The notes under the pieces were generated by a model. The model did not search any database and had not been told where the DNA came from. It was given only the letters and a program-made list of their open reading frames with translations. A stretch of DNA of 34,520 nucleotides from a virus (lineage: Duplodnaviria; Caudoviricetes): IMG/VR virus record IMGVR_UViG_3300026505_000008, positions 1-34,520 of that record, one strand, 5' to 3'. The position numbers were made by a program, and so were the translations under genes. This document shows, piece by piece, positions 19,417-28,291 of this stretch (positions are counted from its first letter, which is position 1; each line of letters opens with the position of its first letter).

Positions 19417-20335
19417 AGAATTAGATAATAGTAGAATTAGTAAGCATTTAGGTCAAACGTCGCAATACAAGAGCACGTATGATTCTGGATTGCTTGTAAG
19501 AGAACCTAGGAGTAATAATCGAGTATATTTAAATATATTCGATGACGATTTACCTTTCGTAGGATCTGATACGTGGAATGCTTATGAATGTTCATTCCTT
19601 CTAGATAATGGACGACCTGTAACTGGTGTTATGAAGTGTGTATATCCATGCAGTAGTAAGTATATAGTTGAAAGTAAGAGTATTAAATTATACTTTAATT
19701 CTTTTAATATGACTAAAATGGCTGCTGATAAAGATAAAGCTGTAGTTGCATTCCAAGATACTGCAAGTAAAGATCTGAGTAGATTATTACAGACTGACGT
19801 TCAAGTTAAATTCCAAGATGGGGATCGCGTTAATAAGAAATTTGATAGCCCTAATAGTGAATGGGATATTGGTGATTACCATAATGTAGATTTACTTCAA
19901 GATGATAAAGATTTTGTATATACCCAATATACTGAAGATCCTAGTTTATTAGAAGGTGTTATTCGTGAAAGAGATTTAGAGCAGAAGTTTTATTCAGGTC
20001 TACTAAAAAGTAATTGCCGCGTTACTTCTCAACCGGATTGGGGAGATGTATTTATCTACATTAAATCAAAGACTGCTATTGATGCTCATAGTATTAAGAA
20101 CTATGTTGTATCATATAGAGATGAGTGTCATTTTCATGAAGAGATCTGTGAATGTTTTTATAAAAGATTGAAAGATGCTTTTGATCCTTCTGAACTATTA
20201 GTAATGTGTTTATATGCTCGTAGAGGTGGTATTGATATTAACCCTGTAAGAGCTTCAAGTCAAGATCTTATTGAGAAGTATGCTGCTAATCTAATTGATC
20301 CGGAAGCAGTTCATATTAAAACTTCGAAGCAATAG
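19406..20335 (+). CDS. queF: NADPH-dependent 7-cyano-7-deazaguanine (preQ0) reductase, bimodular (YqcD-type)
   Basis: QueF motif ESKSIKLYFNSF; DTWNAYE; catalytic SNCRVTSQPDWG; FHEEICE; YARRGGIDINP. Confidence 0.92.
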   Translation: MANKELDNSRISKHLGQTSQYKSTYDSGLLVREPRSNNRVYLNIFDDDLPFVGSDTWNAYECSFLLDNGRPVTGVMKCVYPCSSKYIVESKSIKLYFNSFNMTKMAADKDKAVVAFQDTASKDLSRLLQTDVQVKFQDGDRVNKKFDSPNSEWDIGDYHNVDLLQDDKDFVYTQYTEDPSLLEGVIRERDLEQKFYSGLLKSNCRVTSQPDWGDVFIYIKSKTAIDAHSIKNYVVSYRDECHFHEEICECFYKRLKDAFDPSELLVMCLYARRGGIDINPVRASSQDLIEKYAANLIDPEAVHIKTSKQ

Positions 20336-20411
20336 TGGATGTTTTTATGATATAGGGTGTATTATGTTTTTTAGCATACTACGCTTATTTTATGACGTTT
20401 TATTATTAAAC

Positions 20412-20446
20412 AAAAAAAGACCTGGTTCATTTCTGAACCAGGTCTT
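20412..20446 (-). terminator. Rho-independent terminator after gp23
   Basis: Stem agacctggttca-tttc-tgaaccaggtct followed by a T7 run on the minus strand. Confidence 0.9.
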
Positions 20447-20474
20447 GAAGTGTTTAATCTAATAAAAGGACGTA

Positions 20475-21956
20475 TTAACCGAAAAACACCGAGTTTGTAC
20501 CTGGTGTAAACGCTTCACCGAGTCCTGTTACAATGATAACGTGGTAATAGAGATTTGCTCCGAAGATATTGTCTACGACACCATAACGTGTAAGCAAGCC
20601 TACGCGTGGTGCGAAGTCATTAGGACCAATTGTTCTCTGAACCATAACTGGAATGTATGGGCAGTAGATGATACCAGTGTCGTAAAACTCTGGACCCTTG
20701 TAACCAAGCAATGCATATTCAGGTGCAGTCGAAGGAGCAGCCGATAGATCGTTACCGATAAATTGACCTTCCGTACGAGTGTCTCTGTAAACATTGAAGC
20801 GACCACCAAGATTACCGATCTTAGCAACACCAACTGGTTGTGTATTAACATTACCTTGTACTGGTACCCACTGGAATTCAGGGAGCATTTCCAAGATAGC
20901 GCATACACGTGGTGTAGCTACGATGAAGTTAGCAGCTCCACGGCGATTTCTCACAGCGATTCTGTTAGCTTCTACGATTAATCTTTGATAGAAGTCGCGG
21001 TTACGTTCTACTAACCAACGGCCATCAGCAGAAGCAGGGCTCCAAGTGGAGAATCCTGTTCCTGCACCAGCGTTAAGAGAAACTTGAATCATTCTCATAA
21101 GCATTTCACGGTCGATTTCAGCCTGAATTTCATACGACATAGCGTTTGTCAATTCAGTATCGATATCGATACCATTCATGTTTTTGAGATCTTGTTCAAG
21201 TTCAACTGACCAGCGAGCGCCTAAGCGTCTAGTACCAGCTTCAACAGCAGTCTTCTCGAAAGAGACTTCCATTGTAGGGATGTTACCAGTTACTTCGAAG
21301 TTTCTAAGAAGAGCTGCAACACCATTATCTGCTTCATTGAATGCACCAAACTCTGTGTTACCAGAGAGGAATCCAGCAGATGTACCAGTGTAAGCTGTTT
21401 TAAGCTCTTGATAGCCAGCTTCTTTACCAGCAGCACCAGCTAAGACACCACCTTGACCTGCAGGTGAATTACCTGCTGCTGACTGACCATCGATGCCATT
21501 ACCAAGTGTTTCACCTGAGTAACGATAACGAAGAGCAAATGCAAGGCCAACTGGACCAGCCATTGGTTGAACACCAACGATTTCATTTGTAATTAACTCG
21601 GGAAAAGTACGTCTAATCATTGGAATTAAGATCTTTGGCAAACGATAGTCACCTGAAGCGTACGAGTCTGTACCTGGAGTACCAGCTACATTACCAGCAG
21701 CTCCAATCGAAGCAGCATTACCGAGTGAACCATCACGACCAGCAACGTTACCGTCGCCAACGTAGTTAGGTCCAGCTTCTTTCAAACACCATGCCTCTTG
21801 ATTTTCAAGTAGCATAGCTGTGTTTAAACGAGTGTGACTGTCTTCAATTGCTGCAACACTTTTAGAAGTGTAATCCAATACTGGAGCCCACTTTTCTAGA
21901 AGTTGTGCAGCGCGATTTTCATCGATATAAGCCTGTGTAGGTCTAATTGTATTCAT
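20475..21956 (-). CDS. gp23: Major capsid protein gp23
   Basis: LLEKWAPVL, GVQPMAGPVGLAFALR, WSVELEQDLKNMNGID, EIQAEIDRE, GIIYCPYIP, GLLTRYG. Confidence 0.98.
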   Translation of the reverse strand: MNTIRPTQAYIDENRAAQLLEKWAPVLDYTSKSVAAIEDSHTRLNTAMLLENQEAWCLKEAGPNYVGDGNVAGRDGSLGNAASIGAAGNVAGTPGTDSYASGDYRLPKILIPMIRRTFPELITNEIVGVQPMAGPVGLAFALRYRYSGETLGNGIDGQSAAGNSPAGQGGVLAGAAGKEAGYQELKTAYTGTSAGFLSGNTEFGAFNEADNGVAALLRNFEVTGNIPTMEVSFEKTAVEAGTRRLGARWSVELEQDLKNMNGIDIDTELTNAMSYEIQAEIDREMLMRMIQVSLNAGAGTGFSTWSPASADGRWLVERNRDFYQRLIVEANRIAVRNRRGAANFIVATPRVCAILEMLPEFQWVPVQGNVNTQPVGVAKIGNLGGRFNVYRDTRTEGQFIGNDLSAAPSTAPEYALLGYKGPEFYDTGIIYCPYIPVMVQRTIGPNDFAPRVGLLTRYGVVDNIFGANLYYHVIIVTGLGEAFTPGTNSVFFG

Positions 21957-22038
21957 AATTGTATTTTTCCTTTATATTCGACCCCAAGGTTTTAAAAAAC
22001 CAGGAAACTCAGGAATGCCTAAACAATATAGGTAAATT

Positions 22039-22902
22039 CTAGTACTTTGATAGCTCTGATAAGTAAGGTGATGATACTTTTTCTTCAACAATCTCTTGTT
22101 TAGTATCTTCGTAAATTACTCTATCTACATCTTCTCTTGTACTTAAAGCTTCTTCTTTCAATGTCTCGAGCCTGTCGCCTTCTTTCTTCTTAAAGAGCTT
22201 CAATGTGTAATCAAAGTTTTCAGCAATGAACTCAGCGTCCTTACCTTTCATAACTCTATCTACATATTGCTTTGTTCTCTTATCAAGACCAGCAGTTTTT
22301 TGTTCGAGAACTAAACCAGCTTTAACTGTATTTAACTCTTCCTTTAAAACTGCATTTTCTTCTGCAACAGACTCAAGCTTTTGTGAAGCTTCATTAATTT
22401 GACTGTGACCATCCATAATGGCCTCTTTAATGCTTTCTTTTTCTAAAGCACTATCAACTGCTAGATGGCTTCTTAAGCCCTCTAAAATTTTCTTAGCTTT
22501 TGTGTTCTTTACAGCTTCTTGAACACTTTCAACTGGAATTTTTTCTTCCAAATAAACATCTAAATAATCAGAAATGCTTTCTATTAATTGTGTTTGAAAT
22601 ACTTCTGCTTCACTATCTAAAGCACTTTCATATTTTTCAATAACCATCTTTAACTTATTAGCTCTGTCAGTGTCAATAGCTTCAACTACTGACTTAAGTT
22701 TAGATGAATGATCTACATCAATTTTTTGAACTAGTTCATTAAGCTTTTCTGTATATAATTCATCTTGTTCGTTAAGAGCAGCTTCAACGTGGACTTCAAC
22801 CTTATCGTTTATCTTCTGTTCAAAGACGTTTTCGATTTCTGATAACACTTCTTCATTAAGTGCACCGTTTGTTGCTTCAGATAAAATTTGTTTAATGTTC
22901 AT
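22039..22902 (-). CDS. gp22: Prohead core scaffolding protein gp22
   Basis: Acidic coiled-coil protein (ISDYLDVYLEE) between gp21 and gp23; TATAAATA at 22913-22920. Confidence 0.85.
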   Translation of the reverse strand: MNIKQILSEATNGALNEEVLSEIENVFEQKINDKVEVHVEAALNEQDELYTEKLNELVQKIDVDHSSKLKSVVEAIDTDRANKLKMVIEKYESALDSEAEVFQTQLIESISDYLDVYLEEKIPVESVQEAVKNTKAKKILEGLRSHLAVDSALEKESIKEAIMDGHSQINEASQKLESVAEENAVLKEELNTVKAGLVLEQKTAGLDKRTKQYVDRVMKGKDAEFIAENFDYTLKLFKKKEGDRLETLKEEALSTREDVDRVIYEDTKQEIVEEKVSSPYLSELSKY

Positions 22903-22904
22903 AT

Positions 22905-23048
22905 TTAAAATATATTTATATTATTATTTAATATCTTTTGTTCCATTTTCTTGTTAATAATGTCAGATAAATCAGAACTAGCTTTTTTATAGTTACGGTT
23001 CATAACATTACTAATAAAATTCTTTAAATTTGTTTTAACTTCTTTCAT
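22905..23048 (-). CDS. Small 47-aa helical protein, possibly a prohead core (gp67/68-like) component; not in the ORF track
   Basis: MKEVKTNLKNFISNVMNRNYKKASSDLSDIINKKMEQKILNNNINIF*; fills the gp21-gp22 gap almost exactly. Confidence 0.65.
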   Translation of the reverse strand: MKEVKTNLKNFISNVMNRNYKKASSDLSDIINKKMEQKILNNNINIF

Positions 23049-23052
23049 ATTA

Positions 23053-23721
23053 TTAAAGGCTTCTTAAGAATTTGATGATATTATCTTTTAAAAATTGATC
23101 TCTATTTTTTAAAGGCATAGTAGAAATATTATTTTCAAAGTTATCATACATTTCTTCGAACTGTCCATATTTATTTACTACGTATTGCTTACTTTCCAAG
23201 ATACCATTTACGAAAGCTTTTGGAAAAGATGGATCTGCAACACAATCAATAGCTACTAATTTAAAATCTTTAACCCTATTAATACCATCTGACCCAGATT
23301 CAGGTATAAGTTGACCAAGAGCTCTTGAACTCATACCAACTCTTACACCATCATTAATTAGACTTCTAACTATCATACCTGTTGGTGTTGATAATACTTT
23401 ACTTTTACCGTAAAATACATTTCCGTCTTGAGATAACTCTGTAACTAAATGACATGCTCTTTCAAGATCAACATCAGCTGTGGTTGGGTGATTTAACTCA
23501 CCCATTGCTCTACCTGAACTTACCATATCTTGTTGGTAACGTTTTGTTTCACGTACCATTTCTTCTAATGGGTAGATACGTTTATTACGATTTACCCCTT
23601 CTGCCATCATATATGGACCTTTAATAAAGAAGTTTTGTTTACCTTTTGAATTACCTTCTTCGACAATATATTCAAATTCCTCTTTTGGAGCCGGTGTTTC
23701 AACTATAAGATTTAAACTCAT
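23053..23721 (-). CDS. gp21: Prohead protease gp21
   Basis: NRNKRIYP, AMGELNHP, GMSSRALG, DCVADPS. Confidence 0.95.
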   Translation of the reverse strand: MSLNLIVETPAPKEEFEYIVEEGNSKGKQNFFIKGPYMMAEGVNRNKRIYPLEEMVRETKRYQQDMVSSGRAMGELNHPTTADVDLERACHLVTELSQDGNVFYGKSKVLSTPTGMIVRSLINDGVRVGMSSRALGQLIPESGSDGINRVKDFKLVAIDCVADPSFPKAFVNGILESKQYVVNKYGQFEEMYDNFENNISTMPLKNRDQFLKDNIIKFLRSL

Positions 23722-23729
23722 GTATTAAT

Positions 23730-23737
23730 TATTTATA
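23730..23737 (-). promoter_or_regulatory. T4-type late promoter TATAAATA
   Basis: Exact T4 late consensus 8 nt upstream of the gp21 ATG; also present at 22913-20 (-), 24236-43 (+) and 32572-79 (+). Confidence 0.75.
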
Positions 23738-23774
23738 CAATGTTAAAACTTTTTAAAGAGAAACAACGATTTAT

Positions 23775-24227
23775 TTACTTTATATTCAATTCTTTTTCTG
23801 TAATTATTAAAAACTTATAACCTTTTTTCTTTGCCCATTTATTAGCAGCTTCCCATTTTGCAGTATTTTGTATATACATTTTTTGTTCATATAAAATAGT
23901 TTTTTGTTTTTTATATTTTGTCTTTACTGGACGTTGAGTTTGTTTACTAGGCTTTATTTCAATTAAAAATTTATTATTAACACCATCTTTACCTTTAAAA
24001 ACGATAAAATTATCTACAAAATATCTATGAACTTTACCATCTAAAGGGTTAACATATGGTATAATAATATTTTCACTCCCCCATGCTAGTATATTTTCAT
24101 TTAAATCAGCCCATCTAAAAAATTTTAGTTCCCAACCTGACCTATAAACAGGGTCACCTTTACCTATATATTTTTTAGAATTAATTGGTTTAAAAATACC
24201 TTGTCTAAATCTTTTATTTTTTTTCAT
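23775..24227 (-). CDS. gp4: Head completion nuclease gp4 (TnsA-like PD-(D/E)XK fold)
   Basis: QGIFKPINSKKYIG, YRSGWE, WGSE, HRYFVD, IEIKP, NTAKWEAA. Confidence 0.92.
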   Translation of the reverse strand: MKKNKRFRQGIFKPINSKKYIGKGDPVYRSGWELKFFRWADLNENILAWGSENIIIPYVNPLDGKVHRYFVDNFIVFKGKDGVNNKFLIEIKPSKQTQRPVKTKYKKQKTILYEQKMYIQNTAKWEAANKWAKKKGYKFLIITEKELNIK

Positions 24228-24248
24228 ATTAATTTTATAAATATAGTT

Positions 24249-24767
24249 ATGACATTTGAAGAAAAAATCATTAGTAATAGTGAAATAAGACAGAGAAATT
24301 TAATGCGACCAGCTAAAATAGCATCTGAAAAACCTGATACAGGGGTTACTATTATTAAAAAAGGTGCCTATTATCTTATAAAAGACTCTGCTGATATAAC
24401 TATTAAGTATTTAACTTTAATGTGTTATGGTAGTTTTTCATCACCAATTACATCATTAAAAGGTAAATTTACACAATCTGAAATAATTGATTTTGTTGGT
24501 AGAGCTAAAGAAGAAAGCTATACAAATCAATTGTTAAGTGTTATCTTAACTGATATTGGCTGCACACAACCTATTACCCAGGTTATAGATGATGATAAAA
24601 CTGATGAATTAGATTTAACTTTTACCGAAGATGAAGATGTCTACGGTGATTATGAAACAGAAAAAGATATTTCATCAACATCGACATCTACAACCACTGA
24701 AGTAATAGATATTCAAGATGCAAGTATAGTTATACAAAAACTTATTGAAGTTTTTGATGCCAAATAG
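24249..24767 (+). CDS. Hypothetical protein with acidic C-terminal region
   Basis: ATG at 24249 follows TATAAATA (24236-43) and avoids overlap with gp4. Confidence 0.6.
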   Translation: MTFEEKIISNSEIRQRNLMRPAKIASEKPDTGVTIIKKGAYYLIKDSADITIKYLTLMCYGSFSSPITSLKGKFTQSEIIDFVGRAKEESYTNQLLSVILTDIGCTQPITQVIDDDKTDELDLTFTEDEDVYGDYETEKDISSTSTSTTTEVIDIQDASIVIQKLIEVFDAK

Positions 24768-24774
24768 TTATTTT

Positions 24775-25932
24775 TTATCCAACAAAGAATAATGGTGGGT
24801 CGGCATCGCCTTGACCTGGTGCAGATCCAGTCATTAATTGTTCTTCTAAAGCTGCTTTTTCTGCTAAACCTTGCGTCATAAGATCCGTAGAATTTAAACT
24901 ACCACCACCAAATAGAGTTACATTACCATACTTACCTCTTATATTAGCAACTGCCATTTTAGTTAATGCTAATGAATATTGATATACCCAAAGCTCTTTT
25001 AATATATCTCTAATAGGTCTCTCGACATAACACGATACAACCCCGTAAAATCGTACGTTACTACTGCTAGCGTTTGGTTGTGGGTACATTCTTAAAATTT
25101 GCGTACGTTCATCAAAACTATATGAACGTTTTGTAGCTAACATTTTTTCTCTTGTTTCAAGCCAATTTTTTAAGGTATACCAACTAATTAAATCAAATCC
25201 GTAGTTACCCATAGCGTAACTAAAATATGTTTGCTGTGCTAATGTTTGTTCAATCGTAAACAAAGTATTAATACCAGTTGATGAACCTTCTTCAAAATCG
25301 GTAACAGCCATCACCTTACGGTAATCCATCAAATCATAATCAAAACTATTAATAAAGTTTTCACCATTACCAACTACACTACCTTTTCTTGTAAAATTAT
25401 TCTTTACTTGAGGTACAAATAATGAACTAACTGATGGTACTTCATTAACAATCTCATCATAAAAATCTTCAGTAAAGATGTTATTTGCTGATATACCATT
25501 CTCTAAAGCTGATGATAAACTAGAGATAGAACTAAACAATGAACCGGGTATATCTGAAGTAGAAGTATATACTGTTTCGGAATTATCAATTTCTTTAGTA
25601 AAGTCTTTATTAGGGGTGTTTAAATCTTTTTGCTCTTTATAAGTGTCACTATTTTGAAGTGTAAACAAATCGTCTAATCTTATACCAAAATCTTTTTTAT
25701 ATAAGTTACTATCAAAAATAAGATACTCTTTTGTATAGCCAGCAAACTTACTAAAATATTCTACAGCTAAACTAATATTTTCATATAATTGATCTCTATG
25801 TATTTCGACATTTATAAACGGATAACCTAAGGTTCTTAATATTCTATCACTAAGTCTATTAAAATTATCTACTTTTGAATTGAGATTTGTACTTTGAAAT
25901 CCAGATATTGGAGCTATTTCACATTTTAACAT
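24775..25932 (-). CDS. gp13: Neck protein gp13
   Basis: ILRTLGYPFINVEIHRDQL, WVYQYSLALTK...KYGNVTLFGGGSLN, DPPLFFVG. Confidence 0.9.
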   Translation of the reverse strand: MLKCEIAPISGFQSTNLNSKVDNFNRLSDRILRTLGYPFINVEIHRDQLYENISLAVEYFSKFAGYTKEYLIFDSNLYKKDFGIRLDDLFTLQNSDTYKEQKDLNTPNKDFTKEIDNSETVYTSTSDIPGSLFSSISSLSSALENGISANNIFTEDFYDEIVNEVPSVSSLFVPQVKNNFTRKGSVVGNGENFINSFDYDLMDYRKVMAVTDFEEGSSTGINTLFTIEQTLAQQTYFSYAMGNYGFDLISWYTLKNWLETREKMLATKRSYSFDERTQILRMYPQPNASSSNVRFYGVVSCYVERPIRDILKELWVYQYSLALTKMAVANIRGKYGNVTLFGGGSLNSTDLMTQGLAEKAALEEQLMTGSAPGQGDADPPLFFVG

Positions 25933-25955
25933 ACAATTATTTAATAAATAATTAT

Positions 25956-26252
25956 ATGCCTTTCGTCAACAAAAATAAATCTTACTCTTTTAATATGACT
26001 ATTGACACTTCTCTTGCTGCTTTATCAAGCTTGCAAGCTAGTGAAATTTTGATTTCGAATAAAACTGGAGAGAATCTTTATATATATGATAATAATTTGG
26101 TAACAGATGATAGGAGATTTCTATTAGAAGATAATGAAAGTATGGTTTTAAGAGGTATAACGAACACAAATGAAGTAAGTGCTAAAACAGGAGCTAATTC
26201 AGGATTAGTTTATTTTAGATCTGCTTATTTCAGTAATTTAAATCAGTTCTAA
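25956..26252 (+). CDS. Small hypothetical beta-rich protein (98 aa)
   Basis: ATG at 25956 after TAAATA, divergent from gp13. Confidence 0.6.
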   Translation: MPFVNKNKSYSFNMTIDTSLAALSSLQASEILISNKTGENLYIYDNNLVTDDRRFLLEDNESMVLRGITNTNEVSAKTGANSGLVYFRSAYFSNLNQF

Positions 26253-26425
26253 TGATACCACTCATACCTAATAAAAATAAACTAACATTTGAAAGCTCAG
26301 GTATTGAGCTAGGTATTGAACCTGAACCTGAACCTATCGATGCAACCTATATAGGTTTGGAAGATAATAATATATTGGGTTATGGAGCAACTATAGGTTT
26401 AGGTTTAGAAGTTTCTCTAGATTAA
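26252..26425 (+). CDS. Small 57-aa hypothetical protein (possibly truncated); not in the ORF track
   Basis: TAATG coupling; MIPLIPNKNKLTFESSGIELGIEPEPEPIDATYIGLEDNNILGYGATIGLGLEVSLD*. Confidence 0.55.
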   Translation: MIPLIPNKNKLTFESSGIELGIEPEPEPIDATYIGLEDNNILGYGATIGLGLEVSLD

Positions 26426-26433
26426 ATAAATAG

Positions 26434-26520
26434 ACATTTTCTGAATTAATTCAGATTGATTGTGGTGATGGTACTACTAATAATCTAATATCTAGTACAC
26501 TTACTACACATACATATTAA
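26434..26520 (+). pseudogene. Startless PKD-like remnant
   Basis: TFSELIQIDCGDGTTNNLISSTLTTHTY* resembles IDWGDG...HTY; different frame from the upstream ORF. Confidence 0.4.
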
Positions 26521-26529
26521 TTTAATTAT

Positions 26530-28275
26530 TTAAACTTCAGGTACCTCGTCAGGTGCTGTAGCTTCAGGTTCATCACCAGCTTCAGGAGCTACATCAGCTA
26601 GACCACCTCCGAAATCAGGCGGTGTATCAGCACTAATATCACCAGCTGGTATACCTTCCATTTCACCACCAGGTGCTGCAGCTTGCTCTAAATCGTCTCT
26701 CCAGTTAGGACCACCAGCACCGATTTGTTGCAACTCCCATTGGAATTCAGCATCTTTACGTAAGAACTCTCTATTTGCCTTAACATCGACATCATTCCAC
26801 CCAAGGTATCGTTTTTGTGCATATGTATTTGAAACAAATTCATTACTAGCTAAGCTATTAAAGTTAGTTGCTTTTAATTCTAATTTTTGACTTTCTCTAA
26901 GTTCATAAAAATTAGTTGGTACATTAAACTCTAAATGTAAGTTTTGAGCTTTAAGATCATATTCGTTGAATAAACCTCTAAGTTTAAGGTGTGTTACAAA
27001 TCCATTTTTAAGACCAGCTGCAAATTGCTGCTGCATACGAATAATAAATTTTGCAAATTTAAGCTCTTCTCTTAAAATAGATTCACCATCACTGAATTGA
27101 CTGTCAGGGTTTAATCTATTTGTTGGTACTTTTAATGCTTTATAAAGTTTGTTAACGAAATACATTAAGTCAGCTAACTCACCTAAATTAGCACCACCGG
27201 CTAGCTGAGTAACTGATGTACCATCCGAACCTTGTCTTTTAGCAAACCAGAAGCTATCAAGCATAGATTGCGGGTTAAACTTTTGAACTTGACCAGATTG
27301 ATTTGAATCAAAAGTCTTTTTACTCCAATATTCTTGAATAAGCTTTCTAAGATATGCTTCAGCCTTTGGTGGTGCCATATTACCAACATCAACATTAAAA
27401 ACTAAACGTTCCGGTGCACGAACTAGTCTATATATTACTATAGCATCTTCTACTAACGAAAGTTGCCTATATGCTCTTCTAGCATTTTCAATAAAAGGTA
27501 ATCTAAAAGTTTTATCTTGATTCCAAATACCAGAGTTTATATATGATATTTGATTTTCATCCATTGGAATGAAATCAAACTTTTCAATTTTTTCCGGTTT
27601 ATTAGGGTCAAATATAGGTTTACGTAAAATATAACCTTTGATGATCATATTTTGTATATTATCATATATAGGATCAATTAAATCACTTGGTAAAATAACC
27701 GCTCCAAGTATACCATCATCAGTATAACCTTTATGTATAATATGTTCAAAATAAAGCTCACCTTCAATTAATATTTGTCTAAAATACTCAAAACCTTTCT
27801 TTTCTAAATCAAAATAATCAATATATTTTTCAAATTCATCTTTTATTTCTTGCTGCTTCGTTTGATCTAATTCAGTATTTCTAAATTTAAGATTAATTAT
27901 ATTACCATTTTCATCTTTATTAATACATTCATCGCAAATTTCATCTAATGCATCACTGATCTCAGAAAAAGCTGCCATTATACGATAGTCTCTTAACCTA
28001 CCACCTTTATTTTCTTCTACATTAGCATAAACTAAAGAGTTATAATTACCATCGATAGCGATTTGACCACTACCAGTATTATTAAAATCGTTATTGTAAA
28101 AAATGGAGTTTTTAGCCAAAGCTTCAACTCTTCTCATACCCGTCTCTTCAAACGTATTATATTTCGGATTTAGATCTCCAAGTACTTTATTGAAATCTAC
28201 AGATTGATATGGTAATTTATTTACTAAATTCTTTAAAAAACCAGATTGTCCTGAGCTATTTTGTTGGTCGGCCAT
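26530..28275 (-). CDS. gp20: Portal vertex protein gp20
   Basis: EDAIVIYRLVRAPERLVFNVDVGNMAPPKAEAY, LYKALKVPTNRL, ILREELKFAKFI. Confidence 0.97.
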   Translation of the reverse strand: MADQQNSSGQSGFLKNLVNKLPYQSVDFNKVLGDLNPKYNTFEETGMRRVEALAKNSIFYNNDFNNTGSGQIAIDGNYNSLVYANVEENKGGRLRDYRIMAAFSEISDALDEICDECINKDENGNIINLKFRNTELDQTKQQEIKDEFEKYIDYFDLEKKGFEYFRQILIEGELYFEHIIHKGYTDDGILGAVILPSDLIDPIYDNIQNMIIKGYILRKPIFDPNKPEKIEKFDFIPMDENQISYINSGIWNQDKTFRLPFIENARRAYRQLSLVEDAIVIYRLVRAPERLVFNVDVGNMAPPKAEAYLRKLIQEYWSKKTFDSNQSGQVQKFNPQSMLDSFWFAKRQGSDGTSVTQLAGGANLGELADLMYFVNKLYKALKVPTNRLNPDSQFSDGESILREELKFAKFIIRMQQQFAAGLKNGFVTHLKLRGLFNEYDLKAQNLHLEFNVPTNFYELRESQKLELKATNFNSLASNEFVSNTYAQKRYLGWNDVDVKANREFLRKDAEFQWELQQIGAGGPNWRDDLEQAAAPGGEMEGIPAGDISADTPPDFGGGLADVAPEAGDEPEATAPDEVPEV

Positions 28276-28291
28276 TATTATTATTTAATAC

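Noticed and set aside
21960-22038. Small hairpins between gp22 and gp23 as an ncRNA
   Set aside because: Only short AT-rich stems, consistent with an ordinary 5' UTR.
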